In this document: positions 21,453 through 34,100 of the stretch, in pieces
Layout: each line of letters opens with the position of its first letter
How positions within the stretch are numbered: the first letter of the stretch is position 1
Assembly (NCBI GenBank): GCA_033763555.1
Contig: JANRKK010000036.1
Span: forward strand, 2,418-66,417
Length of the DNA stretch: 64,000 nucleotides
Source: Alphaproteobacteria bacterium
Lineage (GTDB): Bacteria > Pseudomonadota > Alphaproteobacteria > UBA9219
Direction: 5' to 3'
Made by a program: the position numbers and the translations under genes
Notes under the pieces: model-generated
Seen by the model: only the letters and a program-made list of their open reading frames with translations
Databases searched by the model: none
Told to the model about the DNA's origin: nothing

Positions 21453-24053
21453 ATGACCGAGCGCTACAACGTCCAGGCCGCCGAAACCAAATGGCAGAAA
21501 ATCTGGGCCGACAAAAAAACTTTCCAGGCGACGGAAGATAGGACGAAGCCCAAATATTATGTGATGTCGATGTTCCCCTATCCGTCGGGGCGCATCCATA
21601 TGGGCCATGTGCGGAATTACACTTTGTCGGACGTTGTCGCGCGCTTCAAGCGTGCACAGGGATTTAATGTGTTGCACCCGATGGGCTGGGATGCTTTTGG
21701 CCTGCCCGCCGAGAATGCCGCGCGCGACCGGAAAATTCACCCGGCACAATGGACTTATGAAAACATCAAAAATATGCGAGCCGAACTGGTGCGCATGGGC
21801 CTCGCCATCGACTGGAGCCGCGAGTTCGCGACTTGCGATCCGAGTTATTACAAGCATCAGCAGAAATTATTTCTGGATTTCCTGAAAGTCGGACTCGTCG
21901 ACCGCAAGGAATCCTGGGTCAATTGGGATCCGGTCGATCACACCGTTCTGGCGAATGAACAGGTGATCGACGGCAAGGGCTGGCGCTCCGGCGCTCCGGT
22001 CGAAAAACGCCAGCTTTCACAGTGGTTTTTGAAGATCACCGCCTATGCGGATGAGCTTCTGGCGGCGCTCGGCACACTCGACCGCTGGCCGGAAAAAGTG
22101 CGCCTGATGCAGGAAAACTGGATCGGCAAATCGGCAGGCGCGCGCGTACGTTTCAGCTTAATGGAAACGGCGCAGTCACGGTTGCGCGAAGCGCAGAGTA
22201 GTCGCGCCCAAGATATAGAAGTTTTTACAACGCGCCCCGATACACTCTTCGGTGCCTCCTTCATCGCGCTGTCACCCAACCATCCGCTGGCGGCACAGCT
22301 GGCACAAAAAGACGCGAAGCTTGCGGGCTTCATCGCCGAATGCAACCGCACGGGAACCTCCGAAGCCGTCATCGAGGCCGCAGAAAAAATCGGCTATGAC
22401 ACAGGATTGAAGGCACAGCATGTGTTTGAAGGGCAGGGGGCTTTGCCCGTCTATGTCGCCAATTTCGTTCTGATGGAATATGGGACGGGCGCGATCTTCG
22501 GCTGCCCCGCGCACGACCAGCGCGATCTCGACTTCGCGCGCAAATATAAATTGCCTGTGAAACCCGTTGTGCTGCCGCCTGGCGAAGATGCGAAAAATTT
22601 TGCCGTCGGCACAGAAGCCTATACCGGACCCGGCGTTATTTATAATTCACAATTTCTCGACGGGCTGGAGGTCGAAGCGGCCAAGCAGAAAGCCATCGCC
22701 GAGATTGAAAAACGAAAAGCCGGAACCGGAACTGTGCAATTCCGCCTGCGTGACTGGGGCATCAGCCGCCAGCGTTACTGGGGCTGCCCCATTCCTATTA
22801 TCCATTGCGAAAGCTGCGGCCCGGTGCCTGTGCCGGAAAAAGACCTGCCCGTGCAATTGCCGGAAGATGTGTCTTTCGACAGACCGGGTAATCCGCTTGA
22901 TCATCATCCGACCTGGAAGAATGTCGCCTGCCCGAAATGCAATAAGCCCGCGCGGCGCGAAACGGACACCTGCGACACCTTTGTCGATTCCAGCTGGTAT
23001 TTTGCGCGTTACTGCTCGGCAACCAATTCCGACAAGCCTGTGGAGCGCTCACAGGCGGATTACTGGCTGCCCGTCGATAAATATGTCGGCGGCGTCGAGC
23101 ATGCGATCCTGCACCTGCTCTATTCGCGCTTTTTCACCCGTGCGATGAAAATCACAGGGCATGTCGGCGTTGATGAGCCTTTTGCCGGACTCTTCACGCA
23201 AGGCATGATCTGCCACGAATCCTACAAGGACGAGAAAGGCCAGTGGCTCTACCCCGAAGAGGTGCAGAAAAACGCGGATGGTACAGCGCAGCATGTAAAA
23301 ACGGAGAAGCCTGTAACCGTCGGCCGCAGCGAGACGATGAGCAAGTCGAAAAAGAATGTCGTCGACCCCGGCAAGATCATCGACAGCTACGGCGCCGACA
23401 CGGCACGTTTGTTTATGCTGTCCGACAGCCCGCCGGAGCGCGATCTGGAATGGACAGATGCAGGCGTCGACGGTGCCTGGCGCTATCTCAACCGCATTTG
23501 GCGCAAAGCCGCCGAAGCGCAGTTGCCTCCGGTGGGATCACCTTTGCCGACGCAGTTCACTGATAAGGGCCAGAAAGCCCGTCGCGCCATTCATCGCGCC
23601 ATTGCCGATGTCTCGCGCGCTTTTGAGCAGTTTCATTTCAATGTCGCCGTCGCCCGCGTGCGCGAATTATCAAATGCGCTGGATGAGCTGGATGCCCAGA
23701 GCGCAAACGATATGCATGTTCTGCGCGAAGGGCTGGAAGCCCTGGCGCAGCTGGTTGGGCCGATGCTGCCGCATGTCGCCGAAGATATGTGGGAAAGGCT
23801 TGGCCATAAAACACTGTTGTGCGACACGCCCTGGCCGAAAGCCGACCCGACGCTGCTGATTGATGAAACCGTGACGATCGCCGTGCAGGTGAATGGCAAA
23901 TTGCGCGCAACGATCATGATGCCGCGCAACACGGCGCAAAAAGACGCCGAGGCCGCCGCGCTGGCTGACCCGAATGTTCAGCGTGCGATGGATGGCAAGC
24001 CCGCCAAAAAAATTATTGTCGTGCCCAATAAAATCGTCAATGTGGTGGCATGA
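21453..24053 (+). CDS. leuS: leucine--tRNA ligase
   Basis: [10 protein letters not shown] (HIGH) and KMSKS (MSKSKKN), a CP1 editing domain, 866 aa. Confidence 0.95.
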   Translation: MTERYNVQAAETKWQKIWADKKTFQATEDRTKPKYYVMSMFPYPSGRIHMGHVRNYTLSDVVARFKRAQGFNVLHPMGWDAFGLPAENAARDRKIHPAQWTYENIKNMRAELVRMGLAIDWSREFATCDPSYYKHQQKLFLDFLKVGLVDRKESWVNWDPVDHTVLANEQVIDGKGWRSGAPVEKRQLSQWFLKITAYADELLAALGTLDRWPEKVRLMQENWIGKSAGARVRFSLMETAQSRLREAQSSRAQDIEVFTTRPDTLFGASFIALSPNHPLAAQLAQKDAKLAGFIAECNRTGTSEAVIEAAEKIGYDTGLKAQHVFEGQGALPVYVANFVLMEYGTGAIFGCPAHDQRDLDFARKYKLPVKPVVLPPGEDAKNFAVGTEAYTGPGVIYNSQFLDGLEVEAAKQKAIAEIEKRKAGTGTVQFRLRDWGISRQRYWGCPIPIIHCESCGPVPVPEKDLPVQLPEDVSFDRPGNPLDHHPTWKNVACPKCNKPARRETDTCDTFVDSSWYFARYCSATNSDKPVERSQADYWLPVDKYVGGVEHAILHLLYSRFFTRAMKITGHVGVDEPFAGLFTQGMICHESYKDEKGQWLYPEEVQKNADGTAQHVKTEKPVTVGRSETMSKSKKNVVDPGKIIDSYGADTARLFMLSDSPPERDLEWTDAGVDGAWRYLNRIWRKAAEAQLPPVGSPLPTQFTDKGQKARRAIHRAIADVSRAFEQFHFNVAVARVRELSNALDELDAQSANDMHVLREGLEALAQLVGPMLPHVAEDMWERLGHKTLLCDTPWPKADPTLLIDETVTIAVQVNGKLRATIMMPRNTAQKDAEAAALADPNVQRAMDGKPAKKIIVVPNKIVNVVA

Positions 24054-24571
24054 AGAGAACGCTTCGCCTGCACACCCGTTTCCTGTTGCCTGCCTTCTGC
24101 CTTCTGGCCGCTTGCGGATTTCAGCCGATCTATGGCGCGCAGGATAAAACGGGAACGCCCGTCGCCGGGCAGCTGAATCAGATTGCGATCGATAATATTC
24201 CCGAACGCTCCGGCCAGATTCTGCGCAATGAACTGATCGACCGCATGTATGGCCAGGGCCGCCCGCGACAACCGCTTTACAGACTCGAAGTAAAATTGCG
24301 CGCGACGCAGGAAGATCTCGGCCTCCGCGCCAACGCCACATCGACGCGAACCCTGCTGAACATGAATGCCGATTACATCCTGCGCGCAACGCAAGGCAAG
24401 GAATTGCTGCGCGGCACGGCGCACAGCATCACCAATTTCAACCGCCTGAGCACACAATACGGCAATGTCAGCGCGCTGGATGCCGCAACCGAACGCACCC
24501 TGCGCGAGGTGAGCGAGCAGATCGTCAACCGCCTCGCGCTTTATTTTGCCGAGACGGCAACGGCGAACTAG
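24050..24571 (+). CDS. lptE: LPS-assembly lipoprotein LptE
   Basis: It overlaps the leuS stop (ATGA), has the lipobox LLAAC, and its size and position after leuS are canonical. Confidence 0.75.
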   Translation: MKRTLRLHTRFLLPAFCLLAACGFQPIYGAQDKTGTPVAGQLNQIAIDNIPERSGQILRNELIDRMYGQGRPRQPLYRLEVKLRATQEDLGLRANATSTRTLLNMNADYILRATQGKELLRGTAHSITNFNRLSTQYGNVSALDAATERTLREVSEQIVNRLALYFAETATAN

Positions 24572-24689
24572 ATATCTATAGATGCTTCCTTATAAGGTTA
24601 ACGGCAGTTGATAAGGGCTCTTTGTAAGAAAACAACTATTGATTCTAAGTGGTTAATTTCCTGTGCTTAACTTACAAGATGTGCCTGAA

Positions 24690-24731
24690 AATAAAGCTTT
24701 TTCTTGACTTATGCGCTCGCTTTACGGTAGC
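24690..24731 (+). promoter_or_regulatory. putative promoter element copy 1 (AAAGCTTTTTCTTGACTT) upstream of propeller gene 1
   Basis: An 18-nt element with a TTGACT -35-like core lies about 107 nt upstream of ATG 24800. It is 16/18 identical to the element at 26992-27009. Confidence 0.35.
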
Positions 24732-24799
24732 AACGTCCCGCCCATGGGTCACGCGAAAGATTGACCTTGAACTTATAAATTATTGCAAAGTGAGGAATC

Positions 24800-25834
24800 A
24801 TGCGCATCCAGAAATTATTTAAAGCTGTAAAAGATTCTATCTGCGGGCTTGCCGCCCTGTCAGCTGTTGCCCTGTCGCCATACGCAGCACGCGCTCAGGA
24901 TATTATAGAAGTTGAGATTCCCAAGGCTGACGGGGCCGATGTATCCGGACCCACCAGCGCTGGACGCAACATCATATTCCCTATCAACAGGCCTGGCACC
25001 ACAGGTCATCGAATTGGAGTGTTCACGCCGGAGGGACGCCCCTTTGCTGTCTTCGTGCCGACGACTCATGAAGAACAACTTGAAGGCGCCGATGTTAAAA
25101 ACGTCGCCAAAGGCCCTGGCGGTGCCTGGGGTACGCGCTACGATGCAAACGATGTTATCAAGCTCAATCTTGGCAGCGGAAGATTTAAAAAATTTGCCCT
25201 TCCGCCGAACAGCGGTCCTTTTGATCTGGTTCAGGGATCTGGAGGAATGTTTGTTACGCTGAAAATAGCAAACCAGATCGCTAAATTAAATTCCAGGGGA
25301 CAAGTTAAGGCCACATACGATATCCCCACGCCTAACAGCGGCGTTTCCCTTATTGTCAGGGGTGGAGGAGCTTTCAGAACCAGTGTTTTCTTCCTGGAGT
25401 CCAACGTCAATAAGGTGGGTGCATTTAATACTGTTACAGAAACTTTCAATGAATACCCGCTCCCTGCGGCGTGGGGAAAACCGAAGGACATCGCTGTTGA
25501 TCCCAAGACGGGCAATCTTTTGCTCGTTACCGAAAACGGATATTTCGGCAGCATGACCCCAACAGGCAGCTTCACGGCGTTTCCAGAACCCGGTGGAACT
25601 CGCCTCACAGGCGTAGCGGTCGATCCCAAGGGTAAGGTAGCGTGCACAAGCCATCAGGGCGGCACAATCTATTGCGCAACAACCAATGGAGAGCCCCTGG
25701 TAAGCATGCAGGTTCCAACGGATGCTCCCGATCTGATAGGCGTGGCCTTCTTTAGGGGTGGAAAACCGCAGCGGGGTCTTTCTCTCGAAAGAGATCAGGG
25801 ACAAGCGGCGATTTTCCCGGTTCCCAAGCCATAA
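24800..25834 (+). CDS. secreted beta-propeller repeat protein (Vgb/streptogramin-lyase-like or NHL-like), paralog 1
   Basis: It has a signal peptide and repeated blades of the form F.LP...GP.DL..G.DG..W.T...N.I.KL...G....Y..PT..SG. It has an SD GAGGA, and GC is about 50%. Confidence 0.7.
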   Translation: MRIQKLFKAVKDSICGLAALSAVALSPYAARAQDIIEVEIPKADGADVSGPTSAGRNIIFPINRPGTTGHRIGVFTPEGRPFAVFVPTTHEEQLEGADVKNVAKGPGGAWGTRYDANDVIKLNLGSGRFKKFALPPNSGPFDLVQGSGGMFVTLKIANQIAKLNSRGQVKATYDIPTPNSGVSLIVRGGGAFRTSVFFLESNVNKVGAFNTVTETFNEYPLPAAWGKPKDIAVDPKTGNLLLVTENGYFGSMTPTGSFTAFPEPGGTRLTGVAVDPKGKVACTSHQGGTIYCATTNGEPLVSMQVPTDAPDLIGVAFFRGGKPQRGLSLERDQGQAAIFPVPKP

Positions 25835-25855
25835 GCAGCCCTAAAAGCTGCCTTA

Positions 25856-26425
25856 TTAAACTGTAGTCTCGCTGGCTGTATCCAGAGCCATGCGCGCAAT
25901 GGCCAACGAAAATCCTGCGCGCGCCAGAACGGCTAGATCCTTGCGGCGTTGATCGGGCGCAGTTTTACCAGAACGAAAAGCGCCGAGTTTTTTTCGTCGC
26001 GCCAGCTTGCGTGCCGCGGTCAGTTCGACCTCTTCTGACTCCTCGCCTTCAAAAGCCGTGCGAACGATATTCTTGGAAATACCTGCCTGTGCCAGCTTCT
26101 GCTCGATGGCGCGGCGGGAGCGCCCCGCACGGCGCAGGCTGTTCAGCTTGGTTTCCGTGAAAGCCTTGTCATTCAGCACGCCGTTTTTTGTGTGCCGCTC
26201 GATAATGTTGGTTATAGTTTCGCGTAGTTTTTTTTGCGCAACATGGTCGGAAGCGAATGCCGTATCATGCATGGCTGCACGGCGCAGGCGGTTCTCCAGC
26301 ACACGGCGCAAGGCAGCTTCCGACGCCGCATAGCGTGCGAGATAGGCAAGCGCGACCTTGGCAAGCCGTTCGGAAGTCGGGATGGCGTAGCGGCGGGATT
26401 TGCGCTTCATAAGCCCCTGAATCAT
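25856..26425 (-). CDS. recX: recombination regulator RecX
   Basis: LAYLARYAASEAALRRVL... shows the three-repeat helical RecX architecture, 189 aa. Confidence 0.85.
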   Translation of the reverse strand: MIQGLMKRKSRRYAIPTSERLAKVALAYLARYAASEAALRRVLENRLRRAAMHDTAFASDHVAQKKLRETITNIIERHTKNGVLNDKAFTETKLNSLRRAGRSRRAIEQKLAQAGISKNIVRTAFEGEESEEVELTAARKLARRKKLGAFRSGKTAPDQRRKDLAVLARAGFSLAIARMALDTASETTV

Positions 26426-26535
26426 CTTTGCAACACAGGCCGGGAAAGCGCCAAACTTAAACCATTTTTAAGTTTTATAAAGCTTAGGATAAGGCTGTTT
26501 CAGGGATTTGCCGTCATTACTGAACGGAATCCGCC

Positions 26536-26841
26536 ATGCAGAGCGATCAGCATCGTTATTTTATTGAATTACAGCCCGCTGCAGGCGCGACCGTGCCGCG
26601 CAACCGCGAAGACGAAATCCGCCGCGAGCAGGCCGCCCACTTCATCACCGCCATCTATGCCTGGCTGAAAAACAACGCGCTGGGCGACAAGGTTTCCGCC
26701 GTCGCCATGACCGCCTTTGGCCAGGTGCAGATCACCTGCGAAGCCGATGTCATCAGCCGTCTGTCGGACGAGGAAGAGCTGCAGATCGCCGCCATTCGTC
26801 CAAGCGCCCTGTATGTCGAAGGCATGGGACGGCGGTTTTAA
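26536..26841 (+). CDS. hypothetical protein
   Basis: A 101-aa ORF between recX and propeller gene 2; it has a weak RBS and no recognised domain. Confidence 0.4.
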   Translation: MQSDQHRYFIELQPAAGATVPRNREDEIRREQAAHFITAIYAWLKNNALGDKVSAVAMTAFGQVQITCEADVISRLSDEEELQIAAIRPSALYVEGMGRRF

Positions 26842-26989
26842 AAAACGGCGAAGGCAGGAATTGGACGTCAAAAAAATAAATGGCACCTTCAAAGTATCCT
26901 TAACAAAAAATGAGTATGGCCAAACGTTAGAAGAGAAATCGGCTTTGTATCATTAATTTTCTTTAACAACCTTCCCAAAACCAGCGAAA

Positions 26990-27031
26990 GCAAAGCTTTT
27001 CCTTGACCTTCATTTCGGTCATAAGCTAAGA
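26990..27031 (+). promoter_or_regulatory. putative promoter element copy 2 (AAAGCTTTTCCTTGACCT) upstream of propeller gene 2
   Basis: It is 16/18 identical to the element at 24693-24710 and lies about 95 nt upstream of ATG 27087. Confidence 0.35.
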
Positions 27032-27086
27032 ACAGCCTCGTCATGTTGGCCCGCGACGGGCTTAAAAATTATTCAGGAGATAGTCT

Positions 27087-28118
27087 ATGAAAATCAAAGA
27101 ACTTCTTACATCCACAAAACTGGCCGCCTTTGCTACCGCTGCCACTCTGCTCCTGGCACCTCAATCTTCTCGCGCTCAATGGACAAAAGAAGTTTCCGTT
27201 CCATCGGCCCTTGGCGCCATAATGTCGCCGCCCGTCAGTGTTCGACGCAGTGTAGCGTTTGCCGTGAATCACCCCACCTATCAGCAGGTTGTCGTCACAA
27301 CGAGAAATGGTGCGGTGACGTCCACGTCCATACCGGCAACGGTCAGTGAGAAAAACAAAGGACCGGCTGTGACGGATATTGCCGATGGTCCCGGTGGGAT
27401 TTGGTTTACCCAATTCCATCTCGACAAGGTTGGTAGAGCCAGCCGAAGCGGAAATGTTGTTAAATATGCTCTTCCGGAAAACAGCCGTCCGACCGGCCTG
27501 ACTGAGGGACCCAAGCACGACATGTTCGTTGTCCTCCAGGGATCCGATTCCATTGCCCGACTCAAAAGAGGTGTGGTCGTCGCCGAATACAGCGTTCCTA
27601 CGCCGGATAGCGGCTTGGTTCATATCGCCAGCGGTGCCGGCCCTTCTCGTGACAATCTCTTTTTCACAGAGTGGAGAGCCGGTCAGATTGGCATCTTGAA
27701 CGCCAAGACAAATACTATCAGTGAGTATGCGCTTCCTGCGGGATTGCATACACCCACCGATATCACGGTCGATCCGAAAACAGGAAATGCCTGGTTCCGC
27801 GTAGAGGGTGACGCGCAGATCGCCATGATAACGCCGACGGGCAATATCACCGGCTTTGTGATCTCTCCCGAAGGTTATAGCGCCTCGGGCATCGCCGTCA
27901 CCCGTGACGGGGCCGTATGTGCCCCCGTGCCGGAAGCGCATGTGATTGCCTGCATGCAGCGTGATGGAAGTCCCCTGGCCGATATTCGCATCCCGTCGGA
28001 TGGATGCCTGTCAGGCGTTGCTGCTTTCAAGGGACCGCAACACAGTCGGCGCCCCGACATCGCGGTGATTGAAAATTGCGCTGCGCGCGTAGGCTTGGCA
28101 CCAGTACCAACTCCTTAA
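27087..28118 (+). CDS. secreted beta-propeller repeat protein (Vgb/NHL-like), paralog 2
   Basis: It has a signal peptide MKIKELLTSTKLAAFATAATLLLAPQSSRA and is about 35% identical to the 24800..25834 product across shared blade motifs (PTP.SG, VDPKTGN). It has an SD AGGAGA. Confidence 0.7.
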   Translation: MKIKELLTSTKLAAFATAATLLLAPQSSRAQWTKEVSVPSALGAIMSPPVSVRRSVAFAVNHPTYQQVVVTTRNGAVTSTSIPATVSEKNKGPAVTDIADGPGGIWFTQFHLDKVGRASRSGNVVKYALPENSRPTGLTEGPKHDMFVVLQGSDSIARLKRGVVVAEYSVPTPDSGLVHIASGAGPSRDNLFFTEWRAGQIGILNAKTNTISEYALPAGLHTPTDITVDPKTGNAWFRVEGDAQIAMITPTGNITGFVISPEGYSASGIAVTRDGAVCAPVPEAHVIACMQRDGSPLADIRIPSDGCLSGVAAFKGPQHSRRPDIAVIENCAARVGLAPVPTP

Positions 28119-28156
28119 TATATTGCGGACTGCGTAAAGAACGGCGAGCGATTCTC

Positions 28157-31100
28157 TTACGAGATACGCCAGACTTCCATGATGGTGTTTTTCTTGACGG
28201 TCATCGTGCCGCTGGTGTTCTTTTGTATTTGAAGTTTTAAAGTTCCAGCCGTGTTCATGGATACATAACCCATGATTTGAATGGTGTAATTGTTGGTCGT
28301 GCCGCCCAGATTTCCTGTGAAAGATCCTGAGCCCGAAAGAACGTTGCTGGCATCGACGCCGGAGCCGCTTAGCGAAGAGAAACCGGACTCTACTGCCGTA
28401 GCTGTTGCGGCTGTCATGGCAAGCTTCCAGGTGGCGGTGTTGGAAGAGACTATGGTCCCTAAAATTCTGAATCCCCATACGGTTCCCGCGGGCAGGGAAG
28501 CTGATTCACAGCCTGTCACGTCGTAGGTCACCCCAAACGAAGCGGTCGTATAGTCGCTGCCATTGCCGCAATATCCGACCCACCGGTAGAAGCCACCTTC
28601 AGCCGTGGAGGTGTGGTTGTGCGCGGCAGGGGTGCCAGCAGCACCGATCTGGTTCCATGTGCTGCTGTAATAGACTTCCATCGTCGGCACCGTACTGTTG
28701 TACCGAACCATACCATCCGAAGGAGAACCGGGACGCTGGCCCGTCGTACCCGTAGGCAGCAGCATGGCGCCCGTGGTGTTCATGGTGATTTTGCCTGTGC
28801 CCTTCGGCGCGATATTGATATCGATATTGCTGTCCGATCCTATCGCCGAGATGGTAGGGCCATTGCCCGTTGTCGCGCCCGCAATCTGCACATAATTTAC
28901 GCCCGAAGCTGTTGATTGCAGATAGAGCGTTCGACCAGCCGTACTTGTGCTGTTTGTCATGTCTCCTAATAGCAGGTTGCCTATATTTAAATGATAACTT
29001 GTGCTGGACGCAGGCGTATCCACCAGGGCCGTCGTGCCGATCAAGATATTGTTGCTGCCTGTTGTTAAAACAATGGAGCTGACAGATGGCCCAATGGCCA
29101 CATTGTTTGACCCGGTTGTGACGGCTCCCAATGCATCATAACCTAAGGCAACGTTATAGGTTCCGGTCGTGTTTGCATCCAAAGCTGCAGAACCAACCGC
29201 TGTATTGTTGGCGCCGGTTGTACTTGCATCTAAAGCGTTATAGCCAACGGCTGTATTGTAATTTCCGCTGCCGATAGTAGCAGCGGCACCCACGACCGTA
29301 CTATAAGAACCTGTAGTTGAAGCATCCGCTCCCAGGGCAACGCTGTAAGTCGTGCCGCCTGCACTCGCCTGAAAACCAACCGCTGTGTTGTAGGTGCCCG
29401 TCGTGCTGGCCTGTGCGCTGGCGCCCACCGCTGTGTTGCGATGACCGGTTGTAGCTGATGACATTGCACTGTAACCGATCGCCGTATTCAAAATCCCCGT
29501 TGTGTTGCCCGAAAGCGCCGTCGAGCCAATGGCCGTATTAAGAGCTCCGCTCGTGTTGCCATTCAATGCATTCGCACCGAGTGCTACATTGTTTGAGCTT
29601 GATAAGAGGCCAACCCCCGGCCCTGTTATGGATGCCAAGGCACCCGTCCCTATGGCGATGTTCCACACACCGGAAAGAATACCCAAATTGGTCGTAATTG
29701 AAGGAAGAGTTGAAGCGCTTCCAACGACGGTGTTGGCGTTCGTCGTATCCTGCCAGAACATTGTGCCGCCATTGAATTGCAAGACGCCCGCAGAACCAAC
29801 AGGGGCGAAATTCATGTGCTGCGTTGCTGTGGCGCCGCCGACGGCAAGCTTCACAGCGGTGCCGCTCTTGCCCGGTGTGATGGACAGATAATCTACGCCG
29901 CTGGCAATGGTATTCCACCGCTCAACTTCGATGCCGCCTGCGGCAACATTGACGGTATTCGCGCCTGAGCTAAAGAATCCGGTTGTCGCATCGCCCGAAC
30001 GACGCGGGTTAGCTGCCGAAGCCGATGTGCCAAGATCAATGGTCGAAGAACCGCCGCCTGTGCCCAGCGAATTCCATGTGCTGTTGTAATAGGCCTCGAT
30101 AGCTGGCGTCGTGCTGTTGTAACGGATCATGCCCGCCACGCCCGTAGGACGCGTGCCCGTCGTACCAACGGGAAGCAGCACGCTGCTTGTGTGGGCGCTA
30201 ACATCAAGGGCCGTGCCTGTCGTCGGCGCGCTGGGACCGATGGAGAGAGCGCCCGATGTATTCATGACGACCCGGACGGCCGCGGCGGTTCCATCCCAGA
30301 TATAAAGATTGCTGGCATAAGGTGCGCCTGTTGCGGAACCGCCCGTCGATATATTGTAGGTACGGCTGGCCGTCTTCAGTGATAATTCGGAGAAAGCATT
30401 TGTTGCCGTAGTCTCAATAAGAGCTGGTACAGTCTGCCCACTTGCTGAGCTGTAAACATGCAGCTTGTTGCCCGGAGCCGTCGTGCCAATGCCAACCCCG
30501 CCCGTGCCCTTGGGCGTCAGCACGATACCGATATTACTGTCCGAGCCTTGCGCCGAAAGCGCGGGATGCGCCGTGGTCGCTGCGCCTGCCACTTGCAGGT
30601 AATTCACGCCCGACGCCGTCGATTGCAGATAGAGGGTTTTGTTATAGGTTCCCGTGCTGTTGGTCATATCGCCTTGCAGCAGGTTACCGATGTTCAGATT
30701 GTAATTGGTTCCCGCGGCCGCTGTGGTCACAGCGTTGGACGTACCAATCAAAATGTTGTTGCCGCCCGTCGTCAGGGTCGATGAGGCGACACCATAACCG
30801 ATCGCTACGTTATTTGTCCCGGTGGTAATGCTGGAGCCGCTCGACACGCCTATCCCCGTATTGCTGGCCCCGGTTGAATTGCTGACCAATGCGAAATGTC
30901 CAACAGCCGTGTTATCGGCACCAGTTGTGTTGCTTTTTAATGAATCGTAGCCCACAGCAGTGTTACGACTACCTGTTGTAAACGCTAACGCTTCATTACC
31001 TACGGCAACGTTACGAATGCCAGTTGAATTTGTTTTAAGAGCCCACACGCCGAGCGCCGTATTATCAGCGCCGGTCGTATTGGCAGTAAGTGCGATGGTT

Positions 31101-34100
31101 CCAATCCCTATATTTCCATAACCCGTGGTGTTGGCATTCATCGCCTGATAGCCTACGGCGATATTGCCAGAACTGTCAGCAGCCGTAGCGGCCAACGCCT
31201 GATAGCCGATGGCTATATCTATCGTACCCGGTTTCACGCCCGTACCGATGCCGATCGCGGTGGTGGTGGAGGCGGAATAAGTATCCGTCGCACTGCTGGT
31301 ACCAATCAAAATATTATTCGTGCCCGTCGCCAGGGTCGTACTGCCGACCCGATAACCAATGCCGACATTGTTGGTACCTGTGGTGTTGGTTTTTAAGGCT
31401 TCCATTCCCAAGGCCGTATTGAAAGCGCCCGTCGTGTTGCCGATAAGCGCCGATGCGCCCGCGGCCGTATTGCTGGCTCCGGTGGTCGTATTTCTCAGCG
31501 CCTGGGCACCCAGCGCTGTATTGGCTGATGCGCCCGTGGTGACAAAAAGCGCAAAAGAGCCTATCGCCGTACTGTTACCGCTCGTCGCGCTATCTTTCAT
31601 GGCCGATGCGCCAACAGCTGTATTGCTCGTGCCCGTCGTATTGGCATTCAAAGCGCTACTCCCGAGCGCCGTGTTCCAGAGGCCGTTGAAGCCGCCGCCC
31701 GCCTGGGAAATTGTTCCTGAGCCCGCACTCTGACCGACAATCGTATTGGCGGCGCCATCTGACCAGAACATATTGCGGCCGTTGAACTGCAGGGTGCTTG
31801 TGGTGCCCGCCGTGGCGAGATTCAAACCTTGTGTTGCGGTCGCGCCAGCCGCTGCTATCTTGGGATAGGTGCCGCTCTTGCCCGGTGTGATGTCAACATA
31901 ATCGACGCCTGAAGCAATGGTATTCCACCGCATCGCTTCGATGCCACCTGCCGCGACGTTCACGATGTTTGCGCCCGACGTATAGAAACCCGTCGTCGCA
32001 TCGCCCGAACGCTGCGGGTTCGCTGCCGAGGCCGAGGTACCGAGTGTCAGGTTGTTACTGAGCGTGCTGTTGCTGCTCAACAGACTGTTCCAGGTGCTGT
32101 TGTAATAGGCCTCCATGCCCGTCAGCGTTGAATTGTAGCGCACCATGCCGTTGGCAGCCGTAGGACGCTGGCCCGTCGTACCGCCCGGAAGCGTCAGGGC
32201 CGTCGTCGCACTCATGGTCAGAATGCCGGCGCCCTTCGGCGTAAAGGTCATGCTGATATCCGTATCGGAACCTTGCGCCGAAAGCACCGGCGCGGCGCCT
32301 GCCGCAGCACCAGCCACCTGCAGATAATTCACACCCGATGCCGTCGACTGAAGATACAGAGTCTTATTGTAGGTTCCCGTGCTGTTGGTCATATCGCCCT
32401 GCAGCAGGTTGCCGACATTGAGATTGTAATTGGTTCCGGCGGCCGCTGTATCCACCGCGCTCGATGTACCGACAAGGATGTTGTTGGCTCCGGTTGCCAG
32501 AGTTGTCGAAGCGACCTGATAGCCGATCGCGACGTTATTCGTACCTGTCGTGATTTTTGAACCGCCCTGGAAACCGATACCTATATTGGCGACACCTGTC
32601 GTATTGGCGACAAGGGCGCTTGTACCAAAAGCTGCATTGCCAGCGCCTGTCGTATTAGCGGCGAGGGCACTTGTGCCAACGGCTGTATTGGAAGTACCTA
32701 TTGTGTTGCTTTGTAAAGCATTGCCACCCACAGCCGTGTTGAAGAAACCCGTGGTATTGGCATTGAGGGCTTGATAGCCGACGGCTGTATCCAGCCGTCC
32801 GTTAAATCCACCGCCTGTTTGGGAAATCGTCGCAGGCGCGCCGCTGAGCCCTACGATGGTGTTGAAGTTTGTTGCATCCTGCCAGAACATCGTGCTGCCA
32901 TTGAATTGCAGGACACCTGCTGCACCCACCGGGGCAAAATTCAGATGCTGCGTTGATGTCGCGCCAGCAGCGGCGAGCGTCACGGCCGTGCCGCTCTTGC
33001 CTGGTGTAATGGAGAGGTAATCAACACCTGAGGCGATGGTGTTCCAGCGCATCGCCTCGATGCCGCCTGCAGCGACGTTGACGGTGTTCGCGCCCGATGT
33101 GAAGAAGCCGGTTGTCGCATCGCCCGAGCGCTGCGGGTTTGTATCCGAAGTTGAAGTGCCCAAAACCGTGGTTCCGCCGGGAGCGGCGCTGGTCAGCAGT
33201 TCTTCCCAGGATCCGTCGATATAGGCTTCCACGGCTGGCGTATCGCTGTTGTAGCGAATCATGCCGTCCGCTGGTGAAGCTGGCTGTTGACCCGTTGTGC
33301 CACCCGGAAGCGTCAGGGCCGTTGTTGCATTCATGGTCAGAATGCCAGCGCCCTTTGGCGTGAAGGTCATACTGATGTCTGTATCGGAACCTTGCGCTGA
33401 AAACACCGGAGCCGCGCCTGCCGCCGCGCCCGCAATTTGCAAATAATTCACCCCCGACGCTGTCGATTGCAGATAGAGGGTTTTGTTATGCGTGGCATCG
33501 CTGTTGGTCATATCGCCCTGCAGCAGATTGCCAATATTTAAATTATAATTGGTACCATCCGCCGCATCCACGGCATCCGTTGTCCCTATCAGAATATTGT
33601 TCGACCCCGAAGTTAACGTTTGCGAGCCAACGCCATACCCAATGCTCACGTTATAAGAACCATCTTCATTCGCGCCGCCAGCATCACTTCCGATGCCAAT
33701 ATTGCCAACACCGCTCGCGTTGTTCGCAAGGGCGCCGCTGCCAATGGCAGTGTTGTTCGCGCCTGTTGTGAGTTGAAAAAGAGAATTAATACCAATCGCT
33801 GTGTTATAAACACCCGTTGAATTTGCATTAAGGGCGTAATGGCCAACCGCCGTATTGTAGCTGCCTGTTGTATTGTTGTTTAAAGCAGAAAATCCCAAGC
33901 CTGTATTGTTGACACCTTCTGTGTTGAAATAGAGGACTTGAAGACCAACTGCTGTGTTGTTGATGCCCGTTGTATTCGACGCAAGGGCGAGGCCGCCTAC
34001 TGCTGTATTATAATTGCCTTCCGTGTTTGCGCCCAGGGCTTGGTTTCCTACCGCTGTATTGAGGATACCAGTTGTATTGAGCTGAAGCGCTTGCGTGCCT

